Assembly (NCBI GenBank): GCA_002633005.1
Contig: NMRA01000189.1
Coordinates: 635,169-677,505, forward strand
Length of the DNA: 42,337 nt
Direction of reading: 5' to 3'
From: Phoronis australis
Lineage: Eukaryota > Animalia > Phoronida
This document shows positions 23,473-36,660 of this stretch, one piece after another. The position numbers and the translations under genes were made by a program. How positions within the stretch are numbered: the first letter of the stretch is position 1; each line of letters starts with the position of its first letter. The notes under the pieces are model-generated. The model had not been told where the DNA came from, searched no databases, and saw only the letters and a list, made by a program, of their open reading frames with translations.

Positions 23473-25676
23473 TTATGACATATTAGTGTCACACCAATGA
23501 ATAGCCCATGTTTATTTACACTCACTGTAACCTAGGAACAACCAAGGATATAAAAGGCAAAGACATGCTGAGATGATCATGTTAAAACATTGTGCGGAAT
23601 GTGGTTGTTCAAGATTTTCTAGTTCAAGTGTCTATTTTGAAGGCACGCCTTTGGAAAATGGAACAGTTACCGGTATATTAACTATCTCAACAGTACATCA
23701 TTGGACACAATTACGAGCAAAAAGGTACGGTAATGATTTTTTAATGTTGACATTTCTATTATATCTGTATAAGCAGTATTATAAATAACCATTGTATTGG
23801 CTTAGCAACAGGAGCAAAATCTCATATTATTATTCTGCTACATAAAGAAAACTTTATTATCATTATCAAAGAAAAACAATCAGTTCCTTTAGCAAACAGT
23901 TCACTCACAGCCACATTCAATAGACCAAACGAAAAACAACAATTGTGATCACTAGTAGAAAAGTAAAATTTAAAGGCCCATTCATAATACAGAACTTTAG
24001 GATTACAATAAACAATGACATCATCACTAACAGTGTACAATTGTATTACATTATAATGAGAGTAAAGAAACAATAACATACAGTTGCTTCCATACTTTCT
24101 CACATCTCATACATGTACACAACATAGGGAAAATACCAGGGTCATCTTTTCACTGATCCTCATGAGGATTAGGGAGAGCATTTGAGTTCTGAAGTAAAGT
24201 TTTTGACATCATAAATGAGTGACTGTGTAAATGCAAGAAGCTTTCATGTTATATCCATGACATTTGACTTTAATTTGGGGGCAATTCCACAAAAAGGTCA
24301 AGTTCAAGACAAAAAAATTAAAATTGTGACTGTACTTACATTTCTGATCTCATCTGAAAGCTTAGCTCATTTTCTCTTGTTTCATGACCCATATTTGATT
24401 GCCCTATACCTTTCAATTTTTTGCCCAAATGGACCCATTTTTGGGGGTCACTTGACCTTAAAAAATTAGCTCGGTTTTCATGTTTGTTGCTAATTATTAT
24501 CATAAAAAGCTAATTATGGGACGGTATTTCTCTGTATTATCAAATTTCCACAATCACATGAAGCCCAAACTTTATAAAAAATATCATTTCAAATTTGGCA
24601 AATCATTGACCTCTTGGGGTCAAACATCAACTCCAGGATATCATGGTGCTGTACGTCCATCACAAAAAAACTGTTAAAAAGTTTAGTTACGTTAAAAGCT
24701 TTCAATCAAAAATAAAATATTTCATATTCTGTTTAACTTGTTACTTAATACTACTGACCAAAATTTTAGTTCCCAGAGATCATTCGTTAAGTCACAAATT
24801 GTACGTCCGTCATGTACGTTCGTTACACCCATGAAATTATAACTTTTCAGCCAATAAAAATAACCTTAGGTCTTATTTTTATTTCTAAACTTGCAGAAGA
24901 TATATTCAACTTCAAAAGCATTCGATGAAAAGTTATATTTTACAGAGTCATCTAGTTACTCTTATTAAAATTCAACTTGTTAAAATCAGACAGTTGGACC
25001 ACATTATAAAATGTAAATACAACAAAATGTTAATTTAATGCACTCATTGTTTTTCTGTTGCTGCCCCGTGTTTGTAAAGAAATACTTAGCTTTTGGAAAA
25101 TTCAAGATGCAAAAATATTCGTATAAAAGAATTCCTAAGATGCTCTGGAATATAAGTAAAAAGAGACCTATAAAGAAAACGGGTCAAGTTGTTGTTGTGC
25201 TGGAATCAATGTATTATTTCTACTCTGACTTTCTATGGTATGTTTTGTGTTGAAAAAGCCGATGCTGGGCATTTTTAAGTGGTAGCAACATGTCACCTAC
25301 TTTATTGAGCATTTTTGTCACACCTTCACTGACTGTAGTCACTCTTGTTGTGTTGTTCAGTGTCTTGGGTGGCTAGTACAAAATGATTTCATAACAAAAG
25401 ATTACATCGTCTTATGTTACATATTTTTATCAAAACAAGAATTTCGATCTTGAAATCTGTTTAAGAATGAGGCTAATTTTTTCTGCTGATCTTTCAAGGA
25501 GATTAAATCGGTATTTAGAAACGAAAGAGGAAATTGTTGGAGACCACGGGAAGAACAGAATGCAACTGAGAAGAATAAATATCTGCCAGAATATTCTCTG
25601 AAACTCTAAAAAATGCCACCGTGGATCAAGTAATTCATAGTTGTACCTGCGTGAACCGTGATGAAACATTATTCAA

Positions 25677-26995
25677 AGGCGAAGGCAACCTTTTTTCATG
25701 TCACTTTTAGTAAAAACAAGGTCTGTTGATTATCCCAGACATATTTTTCACTTAATTACAGCTTTTCGTAATTTAATTAATTTCTCGTCCTCTACTCCGG
25801 AAGTGACGTTTTGGGAGGCAAGAATTTTGCGCCAATTTCTTTTCATACAGTCCGACTCTGAGAGCAGTCGAGTCAGTCATTGTTCTACCTCTGCTGTGAT
25901 AAGTTCGGTCGTCGTTTGCTTTTGTTTACGAATCAGCCAACATACCACGCTGTTGCTGCGTACCAGGATGTACTCAATATCGTCTCACACGCGGTTTGGG
26001 TACCTTGCATCGCTTTCCGAAGGATGACACAATTCGCTGTACTTGGCTAGCTCGCTCGTGTGAAGAACGCAGCGCTACCCATTGACGCAACGCACAAAGC
26101 AGTGGCAAGCATGTTCAGCCGTCAGATCGCGACAGAGATATGTACGATGAATTGATGAAGGTCCCTGCGAAACAACGCCTGAAGAAGGGTTCCATACCAT
26201 TGCTGTTGATTCCCGGCAGTGCCCCGTCGCCACCCCCGAGAAGTGCGTTTTTGAAGCGAGAAGCCTCCGGCAAGCTGTGGCCACTATATACAGTGACTGG
26301 AGGCACTTCATCTACTGTCACCCATGCCTCCGAACGTACCCCATAGCGTGCAATTCCAGGAACTAGTAGTGATTCCCCGTATGCTGTTGTCTCTAGCCCA
26401 GAGCCTGTAAGCAGCCCAGCGCGATGTTGAGTAGTGGGAGTGAATACAGGCCCAGTTTGACACCCAGTGAAAAGGATAGTTCGTCATCCAATGAACAGAT
26501 CGGTGAGCCTATAAGTTTGATAAGTTTATTGTGGACTTGTATTGGAGCTATTTAGAAGGTGCCACGTGTGTGACGAGGGAGTCGCACGGCGGGATGTAAG
26601 CAGTTTTGGTGCTCAAGTCACCATCCACTGGGAGTGTGTCGTGGGACACTCGGGCAAGTGGGACAGTTCTTCCCGCTCTGTACGTGAGACGATAATGAGT
26701 ACATCTCGGTAGGCAGCAACAGCGTGGCATGTTGGCTGACTCGTAAACAAAAGCAAACGACGACTGAACTTATCACAACCGAGGTAGAACAATGACTGAC
26801 CCGACTGCTCTCACAGGCAGACTGTGTGAAAAGAAATTGGCGCGAAATTCTTGCCTCCCAAAACGTAACTTCCGGAGTAGAGGACGAGAAATTAATTAAA
26901 TTACGAAAAGCTGTAAATAAGTGAAAAATATGTATGGGATAACCAAAGAACCCTATTTTTGCTAAAAATGACATGAAAAAAGGTTGCCTCCGCCT
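25677..26995 (+). mobile_element. Kolobok-like non-autonomous transposon with ~300-bp inverted arms and a THAP remnant
   Basis: AGGCGAAGGCAACC / GGTTGCCTCCGCCT termini with TCAA/TTAA flanks. 25942-26202 reads PRCCCVPGC...LHRFPKDDTIRCTWLAR...KH...RLKKGSIP (frameshifted THAP zinc finger). Confidence 0.8.
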
Positions 26996-27878
26996 TTAAT
27001 GCCTATCTTCAAAACTGTAAAGAAGGAATGAGTTAAAAATCTCGATGACAAGCTAATCATGCAAATGACTAGATAAAGACCAACATCTGATAAGTTTATT
27101 AGCTCCATATATTCTTAAATCATAATCCTAAAGGTAATGTAACTTAATGTTTTGTTTCACACTGGAAGACAGCACAGTGTTTTGAATCAAAATATGAATA
27201 CTGTAAGTTGATGTCAACTAAACCATGCTTAACAAACTATCTTTAAAGGCAATTTTCTCAACAAGATAAAAAGATAAGAGAAAAGTTGATACACGCTTTG
27301 AAAGCTATGTTAATCATGCACTGTTCAGACTGACATTTTTTATGTTTGTCATTAAAGGACCTTCGTAGTATGCATCACCGCCGCACCAGCCAACAAACAA
27401 CAAGACTCAAACAGCAGTGACCACAAGATTAGAGTACTGAGCCATCTGCACAGCAGAATGGGCTTTGGTAGCAATTGATGTTCGATCACTTCATATCAAG
27501 GTATACTTGAAATAAAGGCAATGTAATGTAATGTTACAACTGCTTATGTTATCCAGTCTATCAGCAATCAAACCATTTAGAATTTCATCAATTTAGAACA
27601 CAATATTGGTAGACAAGTTATACACAAACTACCACAAAAAACAGTGTTTGTCCATGAAAATGGGTTTTCAACCGCAAAATATATTAGGGTATTAAGCTGT
27701 TGTAAAAGTACATCTAGGCAGTGGCAGATTAATTTTCTCGCCTTATACATCGCAATTTCATAAATTTACGTTTTTAGGACTTTGCCGTCTTCATTGTAGA
27801 TGAGGAACAGTAATGATGTGCTGGCCTTCGCTGAACAAAAACAGTCACCTGCCACAACGTATTTTGGCAATGCAAGGA

Positions 27879-29200
27879 TTATTACTCTGCACGTGTAAGC
27901 GCAGACTCCGCAGAGTACTGTTGTTCCTGGGTTTTCTTCAATTTTATTCTAATTCTTATTCTTATTACACTGCGCGTACAAGCGCAGAGTACTGTTGTTC
28001 CTGGGTTTTCTTCAATTTTATTCTTATTCTTATTCTTATTCTTATTACACTGCGCGTACAAGCGCAGAGTACTGTTGTTCCTGGGTTTTCTTCAATTTTA
28101 TTACTCTGCGCGTGTAAGCGCAGAGTACTGTTGTTCCTGGGTTTTCTTCAATCTTATTCTTCTTCTCATTCTTATTCTTCTTCCGACCAACTTTGAGGCT
28201 TAATAACTCTAAATTGGGTGTAGGTACGGTCTTTAAATTCAGCATATGACTTTTGACAGTATATAAATTTTGACTGGTTATATAATCATATTCCATATTG
28301 CACCGGAAGAGGTCGTTTGGTGCAAAGGTCATATAATTATATAATTTTCAAAATACTACTGCTCCTTCAGTTTTAAAGCTATCTTTTTCAAATTCGGTGC
28401 AAAGGTATATGTCAACATGACAATTAGTGCAAACATGGGGTCATTAGGTCCATTTTTCTTCTGAAAATTTGACCTTTTCAATCAGCAAATATTCTGATGT
28501 GTCAACCGTTAGACAACTGTGATTCTCAGCATTAAACACATTTTCCATGGACTTTGCAATAATTCTCCTAAAGATGATTAAAATGCACCGGATAAGGTCA
28601 ATTAGTGCAAAGGTCATGTAACGTTCAAAATGTTATATCTCTTACGTTTTTCAAGGAATTCTTTTCAATTTCAGCACACTGGTGTAAGTCAACATGCCAA
28701 GTGAATACTCTACTTTACTTTGCAATAGGCCTAACCAATCAGAAAAATAGGTCAAAGGTCATTGAGTGCAAACTAAAATTTTGAGCTAGCGACTTCAGAA
28801 TTACGTATCTGTTTACTAAGTGCGATTGAGTTTGAATTCTAAATTTTCAGGTCATTTGGTGCACCCATGGGGTCATTAGGTGCATTTTTCTTCTGAAAGT
28901 TTGACCACTTCATTCAGCTTGTATTCTGAAGTCCTTAAAGTAAAACATCTGTGATTATTACCATTAACCACACTTTTAATCGAGTTAGCAATTACTCCCT
29001 TATCGGGGCTCATAATGCACCGGAAGAGGTCAATTAGTGGAAAAGTCATCAAAAAATTAATATGTAATTTCTCCTACAATTTTAAAAAATTCCTTTTCAT
29101 ATTGGTAAACGGGTTGTTGTCAGTAACTTCCCATAATAATTCCAGTAATATGCACGCGCAGAGTCCGTTATTGTCACGCCGTGACAATAATCTTTCTAGT
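27879..29200 (+). mobile_element. Helentron-associated (HINE/DINE-1-like) element, copy 1, with a tandemly repeated 5' end
   Basis: 5' subTIR and hairpin ACTCTGCGCGTGTAAGCGCAGAGT, (TTCTTA)n microsatellite, internal repeated core, 3' subTIR CACGCGCAGAGT, hairpin TTATTGTCAC-GCC-GTGACAATAA, ending in CTAGT. Confidence 0.75.
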
Positions 29201-29811
29201 TACTCTGTGCATTTAAGCGCAGAGTTTTACTGTTCTACGGATTTTATCGTCTTATTACTCTATGCGTGTAAGCGCAGAGTACTGTTGTTCCTGGGTTTTT
29301 TTCAATTTTATTCTTCTTATTCTTATTCTTATTCTTCTTCCGACCAACTTTGACGCTTAATAACTCCAAAATGCTTGCAGGTATGTTCTTCAAATTTAAA
29401 ATATGATGTTAGGCAGTATATAAATTTCGATTCATTATATATTCATATTCCATAATGCACCGGAAGAGGTCGTTTGGTGCAAAGGTCATATAATTTTCGA
29501 AATGTTATATCTCTTACGTTTTTCAAGGAATTCTTTTCAATTTCCGCACACTGGTGTAAGTCAACATGCCAAGTGAATATCCTATTTTACTTCGCAATAG
29601 GCCTAACCAATCAGAAAAAATAGGTCAAAGGTCATTGGGTGCAAACTAAAATTTTGAGCTAGAGACTTCAGAATTACGTATCGGTTTACTTAGTGCGATT
29701 GAGTTTGAATTCTAAATTTTCAGGTCATTTGGAGCACCCATGGGGTCGTTAGGTTCATTTTTCTTCTGAAAGTTTGACCACTTCATTCAGCTTGTATTCT
29801 GAAGTGCTTAA

Positions 29812-30489
29812 AGTCCTTCTCTCACGCGTTGTTAACCCTTATTACATGGTTAGAAGATGTTATAAGGATCCAAGAAGTACCTACCCCATAACTAATACAC
29901 TATCCGTACTCGAAAACAGTTTAAATGAACGCGCCACTCACGATTCGCACCCGAAGAAACACCGCCATTTTGAACTTGCCGCGAACCCGGAAGTACAATT
30001 CATTCAGGAACCCAGGCCGAGAAAACGCCGTCAGTGCGACTNNNNNNNNNNNNNNNNNNNNNNNNNNNNNNNNNNNNNNNNNNNNAAACACCAATGCTAT
30101 TTTAACATACTAAGTACGCGTAACATTCCAAAAAAATCAACGACCACTAACTACAAACTATAAATACACTACATATGCAAACGAATCACGATATATTACT
30201 AATAAAACAAAATAATGAAGACTTTTCGAGCAAGCCAAAGCACATTCAGTTACAAGGAAAAAATGGCGACGTTCAGGACAAGTTCCTGAACTGATGAGCC
30301 AGAAATGTGGGTACGGAAATAACCGATAACAACCGGTAATCATACACTCAGAGAGAAGGGTCAAATACTGTTAAAAAATCGCTTTTGGCAAGAAAGGCGA
30401 AAAGAATATAAAGAAAGGGTGTCAAAAATAAGAATTTAAGTAATAAGTATTTTCGGATACTGGAACCACATGGGCAGTTTGCAAGGACT
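29812..30489. mobile_element. TTAA-targeting non-autonomous DNA transposon (Kolobok-like termini), containing an assembly gap
   Basis: TTAA-AGTCCTT...AAGGACT-TTAA; the equivalent site in copy 1 (~28936) has a single TTAA. Confidence 0.75.
30042..30085. other. Assembly gap (N run); single Ns also at 14944, 37228 and 39638
   Basis: N characters in the sequence. Confidence 0.99.
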
Positions 30490-31349
30490 TTAAGGTAAAA
30501 CATCTGTTATTTTTAGCATTAACCACACTTTTAATCGAGTTAACAATTACTCCCTCATCGGGGCTCATAATGCACCGGAAGAGGTCAATTAGTGGAAAGG
30601 TCATCAAAATACTAAAATGTAATTTCTCCTACATTTTTAAAGAATTCCTTTTCATGTGTAAACGGGTTGCTGTCAGTAACTTCCCAAAAAAATTCCAGTA
30701 ATACGCACGCGCAGTCTTTCTAGTGTTCAATGTTGCTCTGCTTTACTTTGCTAGCAGCCGTACTTGACTTTTAGCATTTCTGACATGAAAGTGCTTATTT
30801 TTTCTTAAAATCCTTAGTTGTCTTTAAGTGCTGAAATTTGTAGGGTTCTCTAGTCTAATATTCAATGTGAGGCCGAGCAGTGAACTCACAGTTCGTTATA
30901 GCTGCAAACATCAGACCACCTCATGAAGTTTTCACATAGGGTAAGTTTCAACTACCAAATGGCCAAAGCAACGTTTTTGACACATCAGTGTGTCAGGATT
31001 AGGTCCAACAAAGGCAACATTAAACAAGGAAGTCGGAAGGAAGTTGAACACATTGCTTAGGAACTGGAAGGGCAAATACGCTGGCCAAGGAAGTAGTTTA
31101 TGACACCAGAACATGGCTTGTAGGCAGTTAATAGTCAGACATATGGATCCTGACTTAACTAAGTGAAATACCTCTAAACAGTCTAAACAGATTTCAAACT
31201 AATTGATTAATCTAACGAGTAACGTCCACGTGATGTGACAAGGCGACGTTAAATCTAAGCAATCAACTGTGTGTGTGTCATGCAACTACAAGTGACATTA
31301 CTCTATCTAAAGCGGGACAATCTCAAAGACCACGCATACGCATTTTGTC

Positions 31350-31364
31350 AAGGGAAATTCCCTT
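31350..31364. promoter_or_regulatory. Near-palindromic NF-kB site AAGGGAAATTCCCTT
   Basis: Matches the kB consensus; lies upstream of the kinase gene in sequence not obviously repetitive. Confidence 0.45.
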
Positions 31365-31440
31365 TCATTACTTACTTTCGAATGTTATTACTGAGTAGAA
31401 AATGTTGCGACTAAATAGTTGGCATTACACCGGATATTCA

Positions 31441-32104
31441 TAGGTGGCACTGAACTGTTAGGCTGCGGCCGCGGCCAACATTGCAGTGCCAAAATATTAA
31501 AATTTTGGAGTAGGCCAAGTTTGGGGGCATTTTGTCAGTGAATGTGGTTATTTGTATTTGTGAACATGCTGAGAATGAAAAAAGGCCACTTTCTCGGCTG
31601 TAGCTACATTCTTCTTCAAGATGGTGGCCCCCTGTTTGTGTGCATTGGTGTGTAACTGTGTAAGCAACTGAGAACTTGGTCGCGATTTCAGGTAGCCCTC
31701 AAACAAGCCAGATTTGCAAAAAAAATAGATGGTTGACAGTACTTTTGAACCACATTTTTGGAATTGGTATGAAATTGACGTTCGGAATCTAATGTTGGCT
31801 TTAGTCGAACATCGGCAGGGAAGTGGTGGTTTTGGGGTGAAAAGTGCCGATTTTGCATTTTTTTGCCCTTATTTTTCTTAGTCTGGCTTGGTTTCCACTT
31901 TGAGTGAAAGGGTCAAAAGTAAAAGAGAGAATAAAGTTTCTGTGCTCATATGTAGAGCTTGTGATGTGAAATGACTCAAAACTTTTCTTTATTTGCCTGC
32001 AGTTTTTGACAGAGTGAAGAAAGGGTGAAGATTAGAATCAGAAGAGTCCATTGACGTGTATTCTGACAGGCAAACCCCTGAGAGAACTGTTCAGTGCCTC
32101 CATA
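31441..32104. mobile_element. Non-autonomous TIR element (TAGGTGGCACTGAAC... / ...GTTCAGTGCCTCCATA); related inverted copy at ~19000-19458
   Basis: Terminal inverted repeats; the GGCCGCGGCC...TTCAGTGCTACCTA end and internal blocks are shared with 19000-19458. Confidence 0.6.
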
Positions 32105-32339
32105 TTCGTGTGACGTTACTAGATAGTTGTTCTCGCTTTCACAAGGTGCGCTAGTGAAGGATACCGATTTTTAGTGGTGAAAAACGTAAAAATAAGCTTC
32201 CAGAGGACCCTCGCTGGTTCCCTGCGTCATTGCGTGCTGCTAGATGGTAGCCATAGACATTTGATGTCTATGATGGTAGCCAGCTGTGCTGGCTAGGCAC
32301 ATAGGGAACCAGCGAGACGGCGGGCCTTCTGAGATTTTC

Positions 32340-33840
32340 AAATGCAGACTCCGGCTTCTCATAATTTAATCAATTAGTCATCGCTGGTTATCAGCGAGTG
32401 AATTAGTTTTTCCCTATTCGGAAGTGACGTTTAGGGGGTATGGAATTTCCCAACATTTTGTCTCTGCGTTCGAGTTTACAGTGAGGATGTGTTCTACTGT
32501 TGTTTCCGTGCTGTTTCTCATAAATGTCATCGCCACTTCCCGTTGACGAGTATTCTACGACAAGCTAGGTTGTTACAGAATTCGTTGACGGCAGGTAGTA
32601 AATACGAATTTTGGATGTTGTAGTATGTCGTCTTGGAGAAAAAAATTGCTTTTACCGAATTCCACTCATGCAGTGTCTTCACCGACTGAAAGGTTTCCAG
32701 TAAACGCGGGAGCACGCCACTACCCGGGATATGGTAAAGTGGACCTCGGCATCCCAAGCGATGGAGGAACAACTTCCCATTTGCCCGAGTGTTCCGCGAC
32801 GCACTCCCACTGGATGGTGACCTGAGCAACCAGGCAGCCTATATCCCACCGTGTGACTCCCACGCCACTCACCTGGCACCGTCTAAATAGCTCCATTCTT
32901 TAGTTAAAACCACAATAAACTTTTCAAACTTTGGCTCACCGGCCTGTTCACTAGGTAACGAGCTGGGCCTGTATTCATTCCCTTACTGAACATCAGCTGC
33001 AGGTTTGCTTACCCGACGATTTCTGGGCTGAAGACAGCAGCAGTACTGAGGCGAATCACTTCTAGTTCCCGGAATTGTACACTCTTGGTATATTTGGAGG
33101 CACAAGTGACACTAGTAGCTGAAGTGCCTCGAGTCCGCTGTAGAGGCCACAGCTGGTAAGGGTTCTTGCTATAAAAATTCACTTTTTAGAGGTGGCGTAG
33201 GGGCACTGCCGGGAATCAACAGCGATGGTATGGCACCCTTCTTCATGGGTTGTTTTTTGCAGTAACCCTCATCACTTCCACGTAAATGTCTCGTAATCCG
33301 ACGGCCTACTCGGTAATTCTGTAGAGCTTTTGGACCACCACGGCGTTAGTTTTTAACTTGTTGGTGTTATCCAGATAGTCACATATTTATTTTTTGAATT
33401 TCTTGTACCCGTTACTGTATTTATTATTGTAATTACGTATATTATCAATTAAGCTAATAATAATAACAATATTAATGACAATAATAATAATGCGTTGCAT
33501 GGACGGGTAACACTGCCTTCTTCACACGTTAACGAATCAAGTACGTAAAGCGATGTAATGGCATACCCAAAGTGTGGTGAGACAATAATGAGTACATCCC
33601 AGTATGCAGCAATCGTGCAGCATGTTGACTGTCTCGTAAACAAAGGCAAACGACCACCGAACTTATCACTACCGAGGTAAAGCAATGACTAACTCGACGG
33701 CTCACAGTCAGACGTTATGAAAACTAAATGGCGGGAAAGTTCTAAACTCCCCAAAACATCACTTTTGGAATAGGGCATGACTAATTGATTAAATTAAGGG
33801 AAGCAGTAATTAACTGAAAACATGTCTGGGATTATCGCTT
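32340..33840 (-). mobile_element. Diverged relative of the Kolobok/THAP element at 25677-26995, in opposite orientation
   Basis: 33620-33830 resembles 26730-26940, and 32930-33260 is an inverted homolog of 26170-26530. The minus strand reads MLHDCCILGCTH...LHRF. Confidence 0.65.
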
Positions 33841-34699
33841 CATTTTGATCATCAAGCAAGGTACTGTTCCTGATAACCAGCAATTTTCCGGCAAAATTAG
33901 TCACCAAATCCGACAATTTCATTAGTTATTTTTTCACTTTTTGTCACGACATGGACCTTTAGCCATGGCTCGATAGCATCTGATAACTTTTCAATTCCAG
34001 TCTTAGAACAACTTTTTACAACCTACCAAGCTACATGCCGCTTGGACAGCAAGACATCTTTGTGTGTTAAATCATGTTACTGCATTTTACAGTGGCATTT
34101 GGTTTCTGAGTGTCTTTGTATAAATGAAAAGTTTAAGCCTTAATAATATGTGTTTACGGAATTTTTGAAAAACTGCTCCTAGCTAAATGTGTGTGCGTGC
34201 ATAAATCATTAGCCTTTTCAGCTGTTTCTGCAGTGATTCAGGTGTCCTACATGTATGTTTACCTGTTGGCCCTTTGTTAATTCATTTCTGGTCATTGAAG
34301 TGTTGTCTGAAGTAGTTACCTATACCTGTGCATTAAATTTTTGTTGCTGACAGTGTACATTTTACGCTCTAGGCGGACAATCCCACTTTTTGAAATTTCC
34401 CGCCATCCCGCCGCACCATCAACATGTGCCGCTTTTGTATACGGGGCGAAATTGATACATTATCCAATTGTAATTTCCCACGTGATATAGCTTTGTTTTC
34501 TTTGTTGGATTGATAATAAATTAGAAATTGGAAATTGGGACGTCTACTGGGTTTTTGAGGCACCCGCAATTTCCCATTTGACTTAGATGTTATGTCTCCA
34601 GTTCGACAAAAACGCTTTCAGGACGTTTAGTGTGTCAGCGAACATTTCACCCTTGCGTTTTGGCTAAGACCTAGATGGCTGATTTTTTATCCTGTTGTC

Positions 34700-35000
34700 T
34701 CGTAACTCAAATTCTTTGTTCCGTTTTCTCATTCTCGAATGTTCATAACTATGTAATTGGTGTTCAAAATAACATTGTCTCTTTGTCAAGAACATTTTTG
34801 TAGACCACTGTCTTTAGGAATATAACAGCTGGGAAAATGTGCTCCAATGTCTCTTGTTTACCATAACACACGCGGCAGCAGCATGTCTCCGATCACTCAC
34901 TAATTTTTAATATCTGAAACAATGAGTTTATTTATAAACGATTGTGGAAAGTTTTATACTGCAATCTATGTACTGATGTATCCACAGCACATTTCAAAAG
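34700..35000 (-). mobile_element. Degenerate L1/Tx1-like LINE ORF2 C-terminal zinc-knuckle fragment
   Basis: Minus-strand fragments LQYKTFHNRL...CCRVCYGKQETLEHIF (C..C....ET.EH pattern), with stops and frameshifts. Confidence 0.5.
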
Positions 35001-36150
35001 TACAAAATATGTGTTTGCTCGTTTTTTATCTGTCAGAAAGCCTTTACCTTCAAATTTAGGAGTAATTAGTGTAAAACATTTTGTGTAAATGGCACTGCTT
35101 CCTGAAGTTTTACTGTCGGAGGAACTGTATCAAAAGGTACTAAAGGTCCAGTTGCTACATAAAGATGTATAATTTTGGATGAATGGAGTTATTTATTCAC
35201 TGAGGAACTGTGAGGGATCCATATTCTAAATTCTTTGTATTGATAATCTTTTAAATCATTGAAATTATTTCCCAGCTGGTTTAATTAGTCATATGTAACC
35301 TCACTGGTTCATTTCCGTTTTTATGTTATTATTACACCCTGTTATTTCGCGGGTTCATCACCGCCACTCCTTGCGAAAGAGGCACTTAACTGGTCAGGAT
35401 GTCTACAAAGGATCCATTTTTGCGTATTTTGTGATTCGTAAATTTTGAGGGGTTGACAGACTTTTTTAAGTTTTAATTCAATGAATAAGCGATTTGTAAA
35501 GTTTTTAACTCGTATCATACAAAGAATTATTTTAGTTACTGGGGAAAAATGTACAAAAGGGCGACTTTCATGGAAGTTTCCTACAACGGAAATGGGTCAC
35601 TTTTAATTGTCGCTCTATCATTCTAAGACTCTCTAAACGCGGGTGTAGCCCACTTTAGCGGTAGCATAGTATTTCCCTAAGAACTAAGAATGCAGTAAAA
35701 GTGCAAGCACGAGTGGCGTCAAACTTGAGGTTGTTGCAACGATTCTACCAAGAGTCCCCTTATTCGGACAATCCCGAATCTTGACTCTTGCGGCAGATAC
35801 TCCCACTTTGAAACCAAATTTAAAGCATTTTGTCGCGTTTTCGTTTTCGTTAAAACCAAACATCATTTCAAGACTTCAGCTATCCTTAACGTCCCTGCGT
35901 CCGACGTGTTTGGCCTAATTTTGATTTAGTACGGAACAAGAGGGTGCTAAACTAATCCAGTGGATTAAGTGCCTGTATTTCTTCTAAGGGGACGCTTTTA
36001 ATCATTTTTTTATTTGAAGAAAGTACTGCATTGTCATGGACTGTATTTTAATGACAATATTCAATTTGGAAATGAACTTGTTTCGGAAATTTAATATTAG
36101 AAAATAAAAAGTTCGATTTACTAAAAAACACTGAAAAACGTGTAAGGAAG

Positions 36151-36186
36151 TAGGCAGTTTCATTTTCATAGGCAGTTTCATTTTCA
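36151..36186. promoter_or_regulatory. Tandem ISRE-like motif (AGTTTCATTTTC x2) next to an ETS-like GGAAGT
   Basis: Perfect 18-bp duplication TAGGCAGTTTCATTTTCA matching AGTTTCNNTTTC; the same 12-mer occurs inverted at 41687-41698. Confidence 0.4.
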
Positions 36187-36568
36187 ACAATTATTGCTTT
36201 TCGGTTAAATTCGATATTTGCCAAATCCAGCAAAACGCATTGAACGAGTTAATTGCATTCAAAATGGCGTAGTCCGGTCTCAAATTCTGGGACTTTTTTC
36301 GTTACAATTTCCCTAATGCTTTGTGTCAATTAATTACAGTTGTGTCAATGGAGATAAAAAACAGCAACACATTTAAGTTTCTTTAATAAAGTACCAAAAG
36401 TGTCCAGATACCGCTATTCGACTTATAAGTGCGATAATATCGATTGTTGAATCCCGATACGGTATACAACTTCAGTTCGATTATTGTTACATTTTTTTAC
36501 GTATAAAAAATACTGCTGTTTCTTGTTACTAGATGGTAAGTCATGACGTGGACCGTTTGTGTAGGGGA

Positions 36569-36660
36569 ATGGCAAGCAAACGATTCAGTTTTGAAGAACA
36601 AAAATTCCTTGGGCAATACTACTGGAAACTAAAATCATGAAGAAAGTGCAAAGACAACCT
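36569..36660 (+). pseudogene. Possible Tc1/mariner transposase N-terminal (DUF4817-like) remnant
   Basis: MASKRFSFEEQKFLGQYYWKLKS, then KKVQRQ after a disruption; the resemblance is short. Confidence 0.35.

Larger units (their letters stand above)
29200..30724 (+). mobile_element. HINE/DINE-1-like element, copy 2 (head-to-tail), interrupted
   Basis: Colinear with copy 1; the 3' hairpin is missing and 29812-30489 is an insertion. Confidence 0.75.

Noticed and set aside
25698-26974. Two paralogous small genes (25698-26027 + and 26618-26974 -)
   Set aside because: They are the two inverted arms of one transposon read in a non-coding frame.
27813-29353. Membrane-protein-like ORFs 27813-28196 and 29015-29353
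   Set aside because: The hydrophobic runs come from the (TTCTTA)n microsatellite of the HINE-like repeats.
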